64,000 nt of DNA from Noviherbaspirillum sp. (GCA_035654275.1 DASRXG010000066.1:8584-72583), one strand, 5' to 3'. Numbered from the stretch's first letter, positions 46,756-57,107 are shown. Program-made: numbers and translations. The notes: generated from the letters alone by a model not told the origin.

Positions 46756-49611
46756 TTATTTGGTCAGGACGAAGCCCTTGAGCTTCGAGAACGCGGTTTC
46801 GATCAATGCCTTCTGCTGCGCATAATGCTTGTCGTAGTAACCAACGGCAGGTGATGCGCTCGCCGGACGACCTGCGTATGCCAGCTTCTGGCCATCTTCC
46901 AGATTCTCGAAGATGTTGTGCTGAATCTGGAACCACGGTCCCTGGTTCTGCGGCTCGTCCTGCGTCCACACCAGCTCGGTGAAGTTCGGGAATTTCTTGA
47001 GCTCGGCAGCAAATGCCTTGTGCGGGAACGGATACAGCTGCTCGATGCGGATGATCGCGACGTCGGATGCGCCACGCTCCTTGCGGGCATTGACGAGGTC
47101 GTAATAGACCTTGCCGGAGCAGGCCAGCACGCGCTTGACCTTCTTCGGATCGATCTTCTCGTCGACCTCACCGATAACGGTCTGGAACGAGCCCTTGACC
47201 AGTTCGGACAGCGGAGAACCAGCATCCTTGTTACGCAGCAGCGACTTCGGCGTTGCGATAACGAGCGGCTTGCGGAACAGGCGGATCATCTGACGGCGCA
47301 GCAGGTGGAAGATCTGCGCAGCGGTGGTCGGCTGCACCACCTGCATGTTGTTGTCTGCGCACAGCTGCAGGTAACGCTCCAGACGTGCGGACGAGTGCTC
47401 AGGACCCTGGCCTTCATAGCCGTGCGGCAGCATCATCACCAGACCAGATGCACGCCCCCACTTCACTTCACCGGAGCTGATGAACTGGTCGATCACAACC
47501 TGCGCGCCGTTGGCGAAGTCGCCGAACTGCGCTTCCCAGATCGTCAAGGTGTTCGGCTCAGCGGTGGAGTAGCCGTATTCGAAGCCGAGGACAGCTTCTT
47601 CCGACAGGACGGAGTCGATGACGGTAAACGGTGCCTGGTTCTCGGAGACGTTTTGCAGCGGGATGTAAGTACCTGCATCCCAACGCTCACGCTTCTGGTC
47701 GTGCAGCACCGCATGGCGATGCACGAAGGTGCCGCGACCCGCATCCTGGCCGGTCAGACGAACGGTATAGCCTGAGGAAACCAGCGAGGCGTACGCGAGG
47801 TGTTCGCCCATGCCCCAGTCGAGGTTCATTTCGCCGCGGCCCATTGCAGCGCGGTCGGCAAGCACCTTCTCTACCAGCGGATGCAGCTTGAAGCCTTCCG
47901 GCACGGTGGTAATGCGCTCGGCTAGACGCTTTAGTTCAGCCAGCGGGACTGCCGTATCAGCGGCATCGGTCCACTTGCGGTTGAGGAACGGCATCCAGTC
48001 GACTGCATACTTGCTCTTGAAATTGGAGAGCACGGGATCGACTGTATGCTTGCCGGCATCCATTGCATCGCGATATGCCTTGACCATTGCGTCGCCGGTG
48101 TCGGCAGCAATAGTGCCCTGGGTTGCCAGTTTGTCGGCGTAGAGCTTGCGCGTACCCGGATGCTGACCGATCTTCTTGTACATCAACGGCTGGGTCAGTG
48201 CCGGCGTATCCTGCTCGTTGTGGCCCAATTTGCGGAAACAGATGATGTCGACGACGACATCCTTCTTGAACTCGAGGCGGAAGTCGATTGCGATCTGGGT
48301 TGCCAGCACTACGGCTTCCGGATCGTCGCCGTTCACATGCAGCACCGGTGCCTCAATCATCTTGACGACATCGGAGCAGTACAGCGTGGAACGGGTATCA
48401 CGCGGATCGGACGTGGTAAAGCCGATCTGGTTGTTGATAACGATATGGACCGTGCCGCCCGTGCCGTAGCCGCGAGTCTGCGCCAGGTTCAGGGTTTCCA
48501 TCACGACGCCCTGCCCTGCGAATGCGGCATCGCCGTGCACCAGGATTGGCATCACTTGGGAGCCGTCCTTATCGCCACGCCGCTCCATGCGGGCCTTGGC
48601 GGAACCTTCGACGACCGGGTTGACGATCTCGAGGTGCGACGGATTGAATGCCAATGACAGGTGGATCGGACCACCGGCGGTGGAAATGTCGGACGAAAAG
48701 CCCTGGTGGTACTTCACGTCGCCAGCCGGCAGGTCGTCCGCATGACGGCCTTCAAATTCGGCGAACAGATCCTGCGGCATCTTGCCGAGGGTGTTGACCA
48801 GCACGTTCAGGCGGCCACGGTGTGCCATGCCGATGACGATTTCCTGCACGCCCTTCTGGCCGGCGCGCTGGATCGCTTCGTCGAGCGAAGCGATGAAGCT
48901 CTCCCCACCTTCCAGCGAGAAGCGCTTCTGGCCGACATAGCGAGTGTGCAGATAGCGCTCAAGGCCTTCTGCAGCGGTCAGGCGATCGAGGATGTGCTTC
49001 TTCTTCTCGGCAGAGAAATTCGGGGTCGAACGGACCGATTCAAGACGTTCCTGCATCCAGCGTTTCTGCGCCGGATCGCTCATGTACATGAATTCGGCGC
49101 CGATTGAACGGCAATAGGTGTCACGAAGCGACTGGAGCAAGTCGCGCAGCGAAGCGGTTTCAGGGCCGAAATACGTGTTGCTGATGTTGAACACGATATC
49201 CATGTCGGCGTCGGTAAAACCGTAGAAGCTCGGCTCCAACTCGGGAATAATCGGGCGTTCCTGGCGCTGCAGCGGATCGAGGTTGGCCCAGCGGTTACCG
49301 AGAAAACGATACGCAGCAATCAACTGAGTCGCGGCGACACGCTTGCGGCCCATTTCAGCGTCTGCGGATGCACTGACCGTACGAATCGGGCCTTGTTTTG
49401 CGCGCTCGGCAAAGGATGCGATGACCGGTGCGTGGGCCACGTCGGGTTTGTTGGTGCCATCGACGGCGGGGACGTTCTGCATCGCGTCGAAATACGCGCG
49501 CCAGTTATCGGGAACAGAACCGGGATTGTTGAGATACGCCTCGTACAATTCTTCTACGTACGGTGCGTTGCCTCCAAACAGATACGAGTTGGAGAAGTAC
49601 TGCTGCATCAT
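46756..49611 (-). CDS. sucA: 2-oxoglutarate dehydrogenase E1
   Basis: KRFSLEGGE, MAHRGRLN, HGDAAFAGQG, WEAQFGDFANGAQ; ATG at 49611 after AAGGTG RBS. Confidence 0.98.
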   Translation of the reverse strand: MMQQYFSNSYLFGGNAPYVEELYEAYLNNPGSVPDNWRAYFDAMQNVPAVDGTNKPDVAHAPVIASFAERAKQGPIRTVSASADAEMGRKRVAATQLIAAYRFLGNRWANLDPLQRQERPIIPELEPSFYGFTDADMDIVFNISNTYFGPETASLRDLLQSLRDTYCRSIGAEFMYMSDPAQKRWMQERLESVRSTPNFSAEKKKHILDRLTAAEGLERYLHTRYVGQKRFSLEGGESFIASLDEAIQRAGQKGVQEIVIGMAHRGRLNVLVNTLGKMPQDLFAEFEGRHADDLPAGDVKYHQGFSSDISTAGGPIHLSLAFNPSHLEIVNPVVEGSAKARMERRGDKDGSQVMPILVHGDAAFAGQGVVMETLNLAQTRGYGTGGTVHIVINNQIGFTTSDPRDTRSTLYCSDVVKMIEAPVLHVNGDDPEAVVLATQIAIDFRLEFKKDVVVDIICFRKLGHNEQDTPALTQPLMYKKIGQHPGTRKLYADKLATQGTIAADTGDAMVKAYRDAMDAGKHTVDPVLSNFKSKYAVDWMPFLNRKWTDAADTAVPLAELKRLAERITTVPEGFKLHPLVEKVLADRAAMGRGEMNLDWGMGEHLAYASLVSSGYTVRLTGQDAGRGTFVHRHAVLHDQKRERWDAGTYIPLQNVSENQAPFTVIDSVLSEEAVLGFEYGYSTAEPNTLTIWEAQFGDFANGAQVVIDQFISSGEVKWGRASGLVMMLPHGYEGQGPEHSSARLERYLQLCADNNMQVVQPTTAAQIFHLLRRQMIRLFRKPLVIATPKSLLRNKDAGSPLSELVKGSFQTVIGEVDEKIDPKKVKRVLACSGKVYYDLVNARKERGASDVAIIRIEQLYPFPHKAFAAELKKFPNFTELVWTQDEPQNQGPWFQIQHNIFENLEDGQKLAYAGRPASASPAVGYYDKHYAQQKALIETAFSKLKGFVLTK

Positions 49612-49613
49612 CT

Positions 49614-49695
49614 TGCTCACCTTTCTTCGCGTTTCGCGAGATTAGCGGGTTGATTAAACCTTCCGCGACACGGCCTGACCGGTTAGCGGATCGCA
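49614..49695 (-). ncRNA. sucA RNA motif (cis-regulatory, Burkholderiales)
   Basis: Minus strand CGAUCCGCUAACCGGUCAGGCCGUGUCGCGGAAGGUUUAAUCAACCCGCU...CGCGAAACGCGAAGAAAGGUGAGC abutting the sucA RBS, as I recall the described motif. Confidence 0.85.
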
Positions 49696-49755
49696 CATCA
49701 AGTTGTGGGGGAAGGGCTACGTGACGACCTGAAGTGTTACCAAATTTTGGAACCG

Positions 49756-49778
49756 CTAGCATAGCATATTTATGCTAG
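49756..49778. promoter_or_regulatory. Palindrome overlapping a possible extended -10 promoter of sucA
   Basis: TAGCATA-TT-TATGCTA (49762-49777); TGCTATGCT on minus strand at 49758-49766. Confidence 0.45.
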
Positions 49779-49780
49779 TC

Positions 49781-49817
49781 AAAAAAAAGAGCGAGCCACT
49801 AGGGCTCGCTCTTTTTT
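49781..49817 (-). terminator. Intrinsic terminator of gltA
   Basis: AAAAAAGAGCGAGCC-N5-GGCTCGCTCTTTTTT; T8 tail on minus strand. Confidence 0.9.
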
Positions 49818-49834
49818 GCTACGAATTACCGCAA

Positions 49835-51148
49835 TTAGCCACGCTTTGCCAACGGCGGAACATCGCGCTTCGGCGAGCCGACGAACAGCTGGCGCGGACG
49901 ACCGATCTTTTGTTCCGGATCCGAAATCATCTCGTTCCACTGAGCGATCCAACCGACGGTACGTGCCATCGCAAAGATGCCGGTGAACAAGGAAACCGGG
50001 ATACCCAGTGCGCGCTGCACGATACCGGAGTAGAAGTCTACGTTCGGGTAGAGCTTGCGCTGGACGAAGTAGTCGTCTTCGAGCGCGATCTTTTCCAGAG
50101 CCATCGCGAGCTTGAACAGCGGGTCGTCGTGCAGGCCGAGTTCGTTCAGCACTTCGTGGCAGGTTTCGCGCATCAGCTTCGCACGCGGGTCGTAGTTCTT
50201 GTACACGCGGTGGCCGAAACCCATCAGCTTGACGTTGGAATTCTTGTCCTTGACCTTCGCGATGAACTCACCGATGCGCTCAACGCCGCCTTGGCGCTGG
50301 ATGTCTTCCAGCATGTTGAGTGCCGCCTCGTTGGCGCCACCGTGTGCCGGGCCCCACAGGCAGGCGATACCAGCAGCGATACAGGCGAACGGGTTCGCAC
50401 CGGAAGAACCGGCCAGACGGACTGTCGAGGTGGAAGCGTTCTGCTCGTGGTCTGCGTGCAGAATCAGGATGCGGTCAAGTGCACGGACCAGGACGTCATT
50501 GACCTTGTACTCCGCGCACGGCGTAGAGAACATCATGCGCATGAAGTTGGCGCTGTAGGACAGGTCATTGCGCGGGTACACGAATGGCTGACCAACGGAA
50601 TACTTGTAGGACATCGCGACCAGCGTGGGCAGCTTGGCGATCAGACGGATTGCCGATACTTCGCGATGATGCGGATCGTTGATGTCAAGGGAGTCGTGAT
50701 AGAACGACGACAGCGCACCAACCGTGCCGACCAGCACGGCCATTGGATGTGCGTCGCGACGGAAGCCGCGGAAGAAGAACTGCATCTGCTCGTGAACCAT
50801 CGTGTGGTTGGTTACGGTGCTGACGAACTTCTCCTTTTGCGCTGCATTCGGCAATTCGCCATTCAGCAGCAGGTAGCAGGTTTCCAGGAAGTCGCAGTTG
50901 ACTGCAAGCTGCTCGATCGGATAGCCGCGATACAGCAACTCACCCTTATCCCCATCGATATAGGTAATCGAGGAATTGCAGGCTGCGGTCGACATGAAGC
51001 CCGGGTCGTAAGTGAACTTGCCCGTTGCGCCGTACAGCTTGCGGATATCGATGACGTCAGGGCCAATCGAACCTTTGTAAATCGGAAGGTCCAGCGACGG
51101 AGAGCCGTCGGAGAACGATAGTGTTGCTTTGGTTTCAGAGTTGGTCAT
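49835..51148 (-). CDS. gltA: Type II citrate synthase
   Basis: [46 protein letters not shown]. Confidence 0.98.
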   Translation of the reverse strand: MTNSETKATLSFSDGSPSLDLPIYKGSIGPDVIDIRKLYGATGKFTYDPGFMSTAACNSSITYIDGDKGELLYRGYPIEQLAVNCDFLETCYLLLNGELPNAAQKEKFVSTVTNHTMVHEQMQFFFRGFRRDAHPMAVLVGTVGALSSFYHDSLDINDPHHREVSAIRLIAKLPTLVAMSYKYSVGQPFVYPRNDLSYSANFMRMMFSTPCAEYKVNDVLVRALDRILILHADHEQNASTSTVRLAGSSGANPFACIAAGIACLWGPAHGGANEAALNMLEDIQRQGGVERIGEFIAKVKDKNSNVKLMGFGHRVYKNYDPRAKLMRETCHEVLNELGLHDDPLFKLAMALEKIALEDDYFVQRKLYPNVDFYSGIVQRALGIPVSLFTGIFAMARTVGWIAQWNEMISDPEQKIGRPRQLFVGSPKRDVPPLAKRG

Positions 51149-51222
51149 GTCTCTTCCTTCTAGTGAGGAGGGGTGAGTCGAATGGAAAAAAAACCGAAAA
51201 ACAAAAACCTGTTACGTCCGCC

Positions 51223-51492
51223 TCAAGCGGCACGCATTCTCGCCAGCAAAGCATGAACATGCGGCAAATCAACATCGCCGACAGGCTCCTTGCGTGCCAG
51301 AAGCAAGTCCATCAATTCGTTGTCCGCCAAATCCATCAAACGCGAAAAAGCGTCGACCTCTTCGTCGGTCAGACTGGTTTCGTACGCATCGAGAAAGCGC
51401 GTCACGATCAAATCGTTTTCGAGCAGACCGCGACGGGCGCGCCAACGCAAACGCGCGCGTTTTACCGGGTCAGCCTGGTGGGTGGTGGACAT
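51223..51492 (-). CDS. sdhE: Succinate dehydrogenase flavin assembly factor
   Basis: RLRWRARRGLLENDL (RGxxE motif). Confidence 0.93.
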   Translation of the reverse strand: MSTTHQADPVKRARLRWRARRGLLENDLIVTRFLDAYETSLTDEEVDAFSRLMDLADNELMDLLLARKEPVGDVDLPHVHALLARMRAA

Positions 51493-51556
51493 AATTCCTC
51501 ATTCACTCTATTTCATGTGCCCACAAGAATAAGCATTCCGGAGAGCACAGGAAATA

Positions 51557-51583
51557 AGGCGGAAGTCATAGACGCTTCCGCCT
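51557..51583 (-). terminator. Hairpin after sdhB (weak terminator or stability element)
   Basis: AGGCGGAAG-N9-CTTCCGCCT, weak U tract. Confidence 0.4.
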
Positions 51584-51595
51584 CTTGAACGTCAC

Positions 51596-52306
51596 TTACA
51601 CCGTGCGGCGCACCATGAGCTCTTTGATCTTGCCGATTGCCTTGGTCGGGTTCAATCCCTTCGGGCAGACATCGACGCAGTTCATGATGGTGTGGCAGCG
51701 GAACAGGCGATACGGATCTTCCAGATTGTCCAGACGCTCGTTGGTTGCTTGGTCGCGGCTGTCGGCGATGAAGCGATATGCCTGCAGCAGGCCTGCCGGG
51801 CCGACGAACTTGTCCGGGTTCCACCAGAACGACGGGCACGAAGTCGAGCAGCAAGCGCACAGGATACACTCATACAGACCGTCGAGCTCCTCGCGCTCCG
51901 CCGGCGACTGCAGACGTTCTTTCTCCGGCGGAATAGTCTCATTGATCAAGTATGGCTTGATCGAATGATACTGCTTGAAGAACTGTGTCATGTCCACGAT
52001 CAGGTCGCGAATGACCGGCAGGCCGGGCAGCGGACGCAAAACGATCGGTTCCGTGAGTTCGTTCAGGTTAGTGGTGCAGGCCAGACCATTCTTGCCATTG
52101 ATGTTCATCGCGTCGGAGCCGCAAACACCTTCGCGGCAGGAACGGCGCAATGCCAGCGAATCGTCCACGTCGGCCTTGATGCGCTGCAATGCATCCAGCA
52201 GCATTTTGTCTGTGTCCTGCAGGGTCACCGTCAGATCCTGCATGTACGGCTTCTCATCCTTGTCCGGATCGTAGCGATAGATTTGAAATTTAAGGGTACG
52301 TGCCAT
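51596..52306 (-). CDS. sdhB: Succinate dehydrogenase iron-sulfur subunit
   Basis: [35 protein letters not shown]. Confidence 0.98.
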   Translation of the reverse strand: MARTLKFQIYRYDPDKDEKPYMQDLTVTLQDTDKMLLDALQRIKADVDDSLALRRSCREGVCGSDAMNINGKNGLACTTNLNELTEPIVLRPLPGLPVIRDLIVDMTQFFKQYHSIKPYLINETIPPEKERLQSPAEREELDGLYECILCACCSTSCPSFWWNPDKFVGPAGLLQAYRFIADSRDQATNERLDNLEDPYRLFRCHTIMNCVDVCPKGLNPTKAIGKIKELMVRRTV

Positions 52307-52315
52307 GTTCCTACC

Positions 52316-54094
52316 TTAGAAAGTACGTGCTTTTGGCTTGAAGGTTTCAACGGTCAGCGGCTGGGTATTGACCGGCTTGTAATCAAGGCGATTGCCTTCC
52401 GAGAACCACAGCGTATGCTTCATCCAGTTTTCGTCGTCGCGCTTCTCGTAGTCGCGGTGCGCATGAGCACCACGCGATTCTTTACGGGCTGCAGCGGACA
52501 CAATGGTGGCTTTTGCGGTCTCGATCAGATTGTCCAGCTCCAGCGCTTCGACGCGTGCGGTGTTGAAGACCTTCGACTTGTCCTTGAACGACACGTGCTT
52601 GCGACGCTCGTCCAGTTCCATGATTTTCTTCAGACCAGTCTGCAGCAACTCATCCGTACGGAACACACCGCAGTACTGCTGCATCGTCGAACGGATTGCG
52701 TTCGCCACGTCCTGCACCCGCTCGGAGCCGGTACTGGTTTCCAGACGTGCCAGACGCGACAGCGCCAACTCGGCGGCGTCAGCCGGCAACGGCTTGTGGT
52801 TCTTCTGCTTCAGGTTCTGCGCAACGATGTGGTTGCCGGCAGCGCGGCCGAACACGACGAGGTCGAGCAGCGAGTTGGTGCCGAGGCGGTTCGCACCGTG
52901 GACCGAGACGCAAGCGCACTCGCCGATCGCGTACATGCCGTTGACGACCTCCTTCGGATTACCGTTCTTCGGCGCAACAACCTGGCCGTTGATGTTGGTC
53001 GGGATACCGCCCATCTGGTAATGAATGGTCGGCACAACCGGGATCGGCTCTTTGGTTGCGTCAACGTTGGCGAACTTGTGGCCGATTTCCAGAATCGATG
53101 GCAGACGCTTCTTGATCGTATCGGCGCCAATATGGCGCAGGTCGAGCAGAACGTGATCCTTGTTCGGACCGCAGCCACGGCCTTCCTTGATTTCCTGGTC
53201 CATCGAGCGGGACACGAAGTCGCGCGGAGCCAGGTCTTTCAACGTCGGCGCGTAGCGCTCCATGAAGCGCTCGCCATTGGCGTTGATCAGGATACCGCCC
53301 TCGCCGCGCACGCCTTCGGTAATCAGCACGCCGGCACCGGATACGCCGGTCGGGTGGAATTGCCAGAATTCCATATCCTGCAGCGGCAGGCCTGCACGCG
53401 CCGCCATGCCCATGCCATCGCCGGTGTTAATGAATGCGTTGGTCGACGCTGCGAAGATACGGCCTGCGCCGCCGGTGGCAAACAGCGTGGTCTTCGCTTC
53501 GAGAATCATCACGTCGCCGGTTTCCATCTCGAGCGCAACCACGCCGAGGACGTCGCCATCCTGGTCGCGGATCAGGTCGATTGCCATCCACTCGACAAAG
53601 AAGTGCGTCTTCGCGCGGACGTTACGCTGGTACAGCGTGTGCAGCAGAGCGTGGCCGGTACGGTCAGCAGCTGCGCAAGCACGCTGGACAGGTTTTTCGC
53701 CAAAGTTCGCGGTGTGACCGCCGAACGGGCGCTGATAAATCGTGCCGTCCGGGTTACGGTCGAACGGCATGCCGAAGTGCTCGAGCTCGTACACGACCTT
53801 CGGCGCTTCGCGGCACATGAATTCGATTGCGTCCTGGTCGCCGAGATAGTCCGAACCTTTGACGGTGTCGAACATATGCCAGTACCAGTTATCTTCCGAC
53901 ATGTTACCCAGGGAAGCACCGATACCGCCCTGCGCCGCAACGGTATGCGAACGGGTCGGGAACACTTTGGACAGGACTGCGACGTTCAAGCCGGCTTCAG
54001 CCAGTTGCAACGACGCGCGCATGCCGGAACCACCGGCGCCAACGATCACCGCATCAAAGCGGCGGACAGGAATGGATTGTTTGACTGCTACCAC
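52316..54094 (-). CDS. sdhA: Succinate dehydrogenase flavoprotein subunit
   Basis: GAGGSG, RSHTVAAQGG, HGANRLGTNSL; GTG start just after sdhD stop. Confidence 0.97.
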   Translation of the reverse strand: MVAVKQSIPVRRFDAVIVGAGGSGMRASLQLAEAGLNVAVLSKVFPTRSHTVAAQGGIGASLGNMSEDNWYWHMFDTVKGSDYLGDQDAIEFMCREAPKVVYELEHFGMPFDRNPDGTIYQRPFGGHTANFGEKPVQRACAAADRTGHALLHTLYQRNVRAKTHFFVEWMAIDLIRDQDGDVLGVVALEMETGDVMILEAKTTLFATGGAGRIFAASTNAFINTGDGMGMAARAGLPLQDMEFWQFHPTGVSGAGVLITEGVRGEGGILINANGERFMERYAPTLKDLAPRDFVSRSMDQEIKEGRGCGPNKDHVLLDLRHIGADTIKKRLPSILEIGHKFANVDATKEPIPVVPTIHYQMGGIPTNINGQVVAPKNGNPKEVVNGMYAIGECACVSVHGANRLGTNSLLDLVVFGRAAGNHIVAQNLKQKNHKPLPADAAELALSRLARLETSTGSERVQDVANAIRSTMQQYCGVFRTDELLQTGLKKIMELDERRKHVSFKDKSKVFNTARVEALELDNLIETAKATIVSAAARKESRGAHAHRDYEKRDDENWMKHTLWFSEGNRLDYKPVNTQPLTVETFKPKARTF

Positions 54095-54096
54095 GA

Positions 54097-54465
54097 TTAC
54101 GCTCTCCAGATAATCTGCGCCGCCCAGCCGGCACAACCGATCAGCCACAGGAGTGTGGCAACTTGAAATACGAGGCGAAGACCAACCGACTTGGTGACAT
54201 AGTCCATCCAGACGTCACGCATGCCGACCCAGACGTGATAGAACAGCGACAGGAACGTAACGAAAGTAACGATCTTGAACCATTGCTGAGAGAACATGCC
54301 GGCCCAAGTTTCGTAGCTGGACATGTTGCCGGTCAAGAATGCGAGCAGCAGGATGATGGTATAGAGCGCCATCACAATTGCCGTCACACGCTGCGCGAGC
54401 CAGTCACGCAGGCCATAGTGAGCGCCGACGACGAGGCGCTTCGGTCCGATGTTATTGTTTGCCAT
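54097..54465 (-). CDS. sdhD: Succinate dehydrogenase membrane anchor
   Basis: GLRDWLAQRVTA, HVWVGMRDVWMDY. Confidence 0.96.
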   Translation of the reverse strand: MANNNIGPKRLVVGAHYGLRDWLAQRVTAIVMALYTIILLLAFLTGNMSSYETWAGMFSQQWFKIVTFVTFLSLFYHVWVGMRDVWMDYVTKSVGLRLVFQVATLLWLIGCAGWAAQIIWRA

Positions 54466-54466
54466 T

Positions 54467-54877
54467 TTAGAAAACTCCGAACAATTTCAGTGCAACCAGT
54501 GCGGCTAGGGGTAAGCTGACAGCAAACACGCCGACGGCGGATTTACGGCCGCTGTCCTTATCAACGCCGATGTGCAGGTCCATGACCAGGTGGCGGATGC
54601 CGGCACAGAAGTGGTGCAGATACGCCCAAGAGAGCGCCAGGATGATCAGCTTGACAAGCAGGTTCGAGGTGAACCCCTTGAGGTATTCGAAGGAGATTTC
54701 AGACGTCAGGCTCTTATCGAGCAGGAAGAGAATGAACGGCAACAGCAAGAACATCAGGATGCCACTGATACGATGCAGGATCGATACGATACCGGCTAAT
54801 GGAAGCCGATAGTGGACCGTGTCCGCAAACGTCATCACATTAAATTGCCGCCGATTTTTTTTCACGGCTTCAGACAT
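54467..54877 (-). CDS. sdhC: Succinate dehydrogenase cytochrome b556 subunit
   Basis: SILHRISG, HHFCAGIRHLVMD; GGAGG RBS before ATG 54877. Confidence 0.96.
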   Translation of the reverse strand: MSEAVKKNRRQFNVMTFADTVHYRLPLAGIVSILHRISGILMFLLLPFILFLLDKSLTSEISFEYLKGFTSNLLVKLIILALSWAYLHHFCAGIRHLVMDLHIGVDKDSGRKSAVGVFAVSLPLAALVALKLFGVF

Positions 54878-55014
54878 AACATTACCTCCCAGGCTTAAGA
54901 ATCCCGTAATTTTCGCCGATTTTATGCGGCATACCAACACCCGCCACCGCCGGGAGCACTTTCTTTATTTGTCAAGCGGGGCTATCCCCAATTGCCAAAC
55001 ACACACCAATCGCA

Positions 55015-55806
55015 TTAACTCAGTTCGTTCTGATAATGATGGCGATCAGTGAGATAAAGTCCGCGCCGCACTTCCACCGGCTTGTCGCCATAGGTGTACG
55101 ACACACGCTCCACGTTTAGCAGCGGCGTGCTTATAGCTACATGTAACAGTTCGGCAGTACCCTCATCGGCACTAACCGCACGAATTTTTTCCGTTGCCCG
55201 GATCATTCGCGTACCAAATTCCGTCTCGAACAATCCATACATGGGCCCCTTGTATTCCATTAGACGCTCCGCAGTCAGCCCCTTGAATATCACGCCGGGC
55301 AACCACAATTCTTCAACGATCGTCGGCGTGCCATCAAATGACTGCACGCGCTTGATGTAGATGACGGAATCACCAGACTTGATATCCAGTAGGCGCGCGA
55401 CCTCAGCAGGTGCGCGCAGGCGCTTCACCTCAAGGATCTTGTTATCAGCGTAATGAGGTTCGCCGGCGTCAGGCATCAATCGCAGGAAGCGATACTGCGC
55501 ACGTGCCTCGTGGTGGGTAGCAACGAAGGTGCCCTTTCCCTGGCGGCGAACTACGAGATTTTCTGCAGCGAGCTCATCGATGGCCTTGCGCACTGTCCCC
55601 TGGCTCACTTTGAAGCGATTGGCCAACTCGACTTCACTGGGAATCAACTCGCCGGGCTTCCACTCGCCTGACTGCAGGCTTTGCGTGATGAGTGCCTTGA
55701 TTTGCTGGTAGAGGGGACTGAATGTAGGAGAGCTTCCGGAGGCAGAAATCCCCGCCCCTGCACTAGGTACGCCATTGGTGGTCAGATTGGACGGGGTGGA
55801 ACTCAT
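55015..55806 (-). CDS. GntR/HutC-family regulator (SdhR-type)
   Basis: PLYQQIK...PSEVELA..VSQGTVRKA HTH plus UTRA domain; lies between mdh and sdhC. Confidence 0.92.
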   Translation of the reverse strand: MSSTPSNLTTNGVPSAGAGISASGSSPTFSPLYQQIKALITQSLQSGEWKPGELIPSEVELANRFKVSQGTVRKAIDELAAENLVVRRQGKGTFVATHHEARAQYRFLRLMPDAGEPHYADNKILEVKRLRAPAEVARLLDIKSGDSVIYIKRVQSFDGTPTIVEELWLPGVIFKGLTAERLMEYKGPMYGLFETEFGTRMIRATEKIRAVSADEGTAELLHVAISTPLLNVERVSYTYGDKPVEVRRGLYLTDRHHYQNELS

Positions 55807-55859
55807 AACCTAGGATTTCACCATAAAACCCCGGTTGCCGTCTAGCAAAAACTGATAAC

Positions 55860-55885
55860 TAATATGTCTTATATAAGATATAAGA
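55860..55885. promoter_or_regulatory. SdhR-type palindromic operator
   Basis: TAATATG-TCTTATATAAGA-TATAAGA, perfect 12-bp palindromic core between the divergent GntR gene and mdh. Confidence 0.75.
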
Positions 55886-55891
55886 TAGTCA

Positions 55892-55920
55892 TTGACAGAC
55901 CTGTCATGCCATCCTACACT
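55892..55920 (+). promoter_or_regulatory. sigma70 promoter of mdh
   Basis: TTGACA-N17-TACACT. Confidence 0.75.
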
Positions 55921-56100
55921 CGCGGACACTATTGGCAGGATGCAAGCCTCGCAGCCGCCCCGCTTCCGTCGCATCGGAAACCCGAGGAACTCGGGGTGAA
56001 CACTGTGACCGCGGAAGTTTTCGACGGTATTATTACAGGCTTGCTGATATTTTCGTAATGTTTCTCGTCACCGTTTTCATTCCCACTTTGGAGATTCATC

Positions 56101-57090
56101 ATGGCTAAAGCCCCAATGCGCGTTGCCGTCACCGGCGCCGCCGGCCAAATCGGCTACTCCCTGCTGTTCCGCATCGCCAACGGCGACATGCTGGGTAAAG
56201 ATCAGCCTGTTATCCTGCAGCTGCTCGAAATCCCGGATGAGAAAGCCCAGAAGGCACTCAAGGGCGTCATGATGGAAATCGACGACTGCGCGTTCCCGCT
56301 GCTGGCCGGCATGACCGCTCACAGCGATCCGATGACCGCATTCAAGGATGCTGATGTTGCCCTGCTGGTTGGCGCACGTCCGCGCGGCCCGGGCATGGAG
56401 CGCAAGGACCTGCTCGAAGCCAACGCACAGATCTTCACGGTGCAAGGCAAGGCGCTCGACGCTGTCGCATCCCGCAACGTCAAGGTTCTGGTCGTCGGCA
56501 ACCCGGCCAACACCAATGCCTACATCGCCATGAAGTCGGCACCGAACCTGCCGGCCAAGAACTTCACCGCAATGCTGCGCCTGGACCACAACCGTGCCCT
56601 GTCGCAAATCGCGCAGAAGACCGGCAAGCCGGTTTCCTCGATCGAGAAGCTGTGCGTGTGGGGCAACCACTCCCCGACCATGTACGCTGACTATCGCTTC
56701 GCGACCATCGACGGCAAGTCGGTCAAGGAAATGATCAACGACGACGTCTGGAACAAGGACACGTTCCTCCCGACCGTTGGCAAGCGCGGCGCAGCAATCA
56801 TCGAAGCACGCGGCCTGTCTTCCGCAGCATCGGCTGCCAATGCGGCAATCGACCACGTCCGTGACTGGGTCCTCGGCACCAACGGCAAGTGGACCACGAT
56901 GGGTATTCCATCCGATGGCTCCTACGGCATTCCGAAGGACACCATGTTCGGCTTCCCGGTCACGACCGAGAATGGCGAATACAAGATCGTTCAGGGCTTG
57001 GACATCGATGCATTCTCGCAAGAGCGCATCAACCTGACGCTCAAGGAATTGATGGAAGAGCGTGAAGGCGTCAAGCACCTGGTAGGCTAA
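56101..57090 (+). CDS. mdh: Malate dehydrogenase
   Basis: [40 protein letters not shown]. Confidence 0.98.
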   Translation: MAKAPMRVAVTGAAGQIGYSLLFRIANGDMLGKDQPVILQLLEIPDEKAQKALKGVMMEIDDCAFPLLAGMTAHSDPMTAFKDADVALLVGARPRGPGMERKDLLEANAQIFTVQGKALDAVASRNVKVLVVGNPANTNAYIAMKSAPNLPAKNFTAMLRLDHNRALSQIAQKTGKPVSSIEKLCVWGNHSPTMYADYRFATIDGKSVKEMINDDVWNKDTFLPTVGKRGAAIIEARGLSSAASAANAAIDHVRDWVLGTNGKWTTMGIPSDGSYGIPKDTMFGFPVTTENGEYKIVQGLDIDAFSQERINLTLKELMEEREGVKHLVG

Positions 57091-57107
57091 GTCTTCCTCC
57101 AGCCATG

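Noticed and set aside
51692-54166. 824-aa antisense ORF over sdhAB, and similar long antisense ORFs over lpdA, sucB, gltA, mdh, acnA and lysC
   Set aside because: Expected shadow frames from biased codon usage in GC-rich, highly expressed genes; no protein motifs
55864-56132. Small ORFs in the GntR-mdh gap
   Set aside because: They overlap the operator, promoter and leader, with no clear RBS
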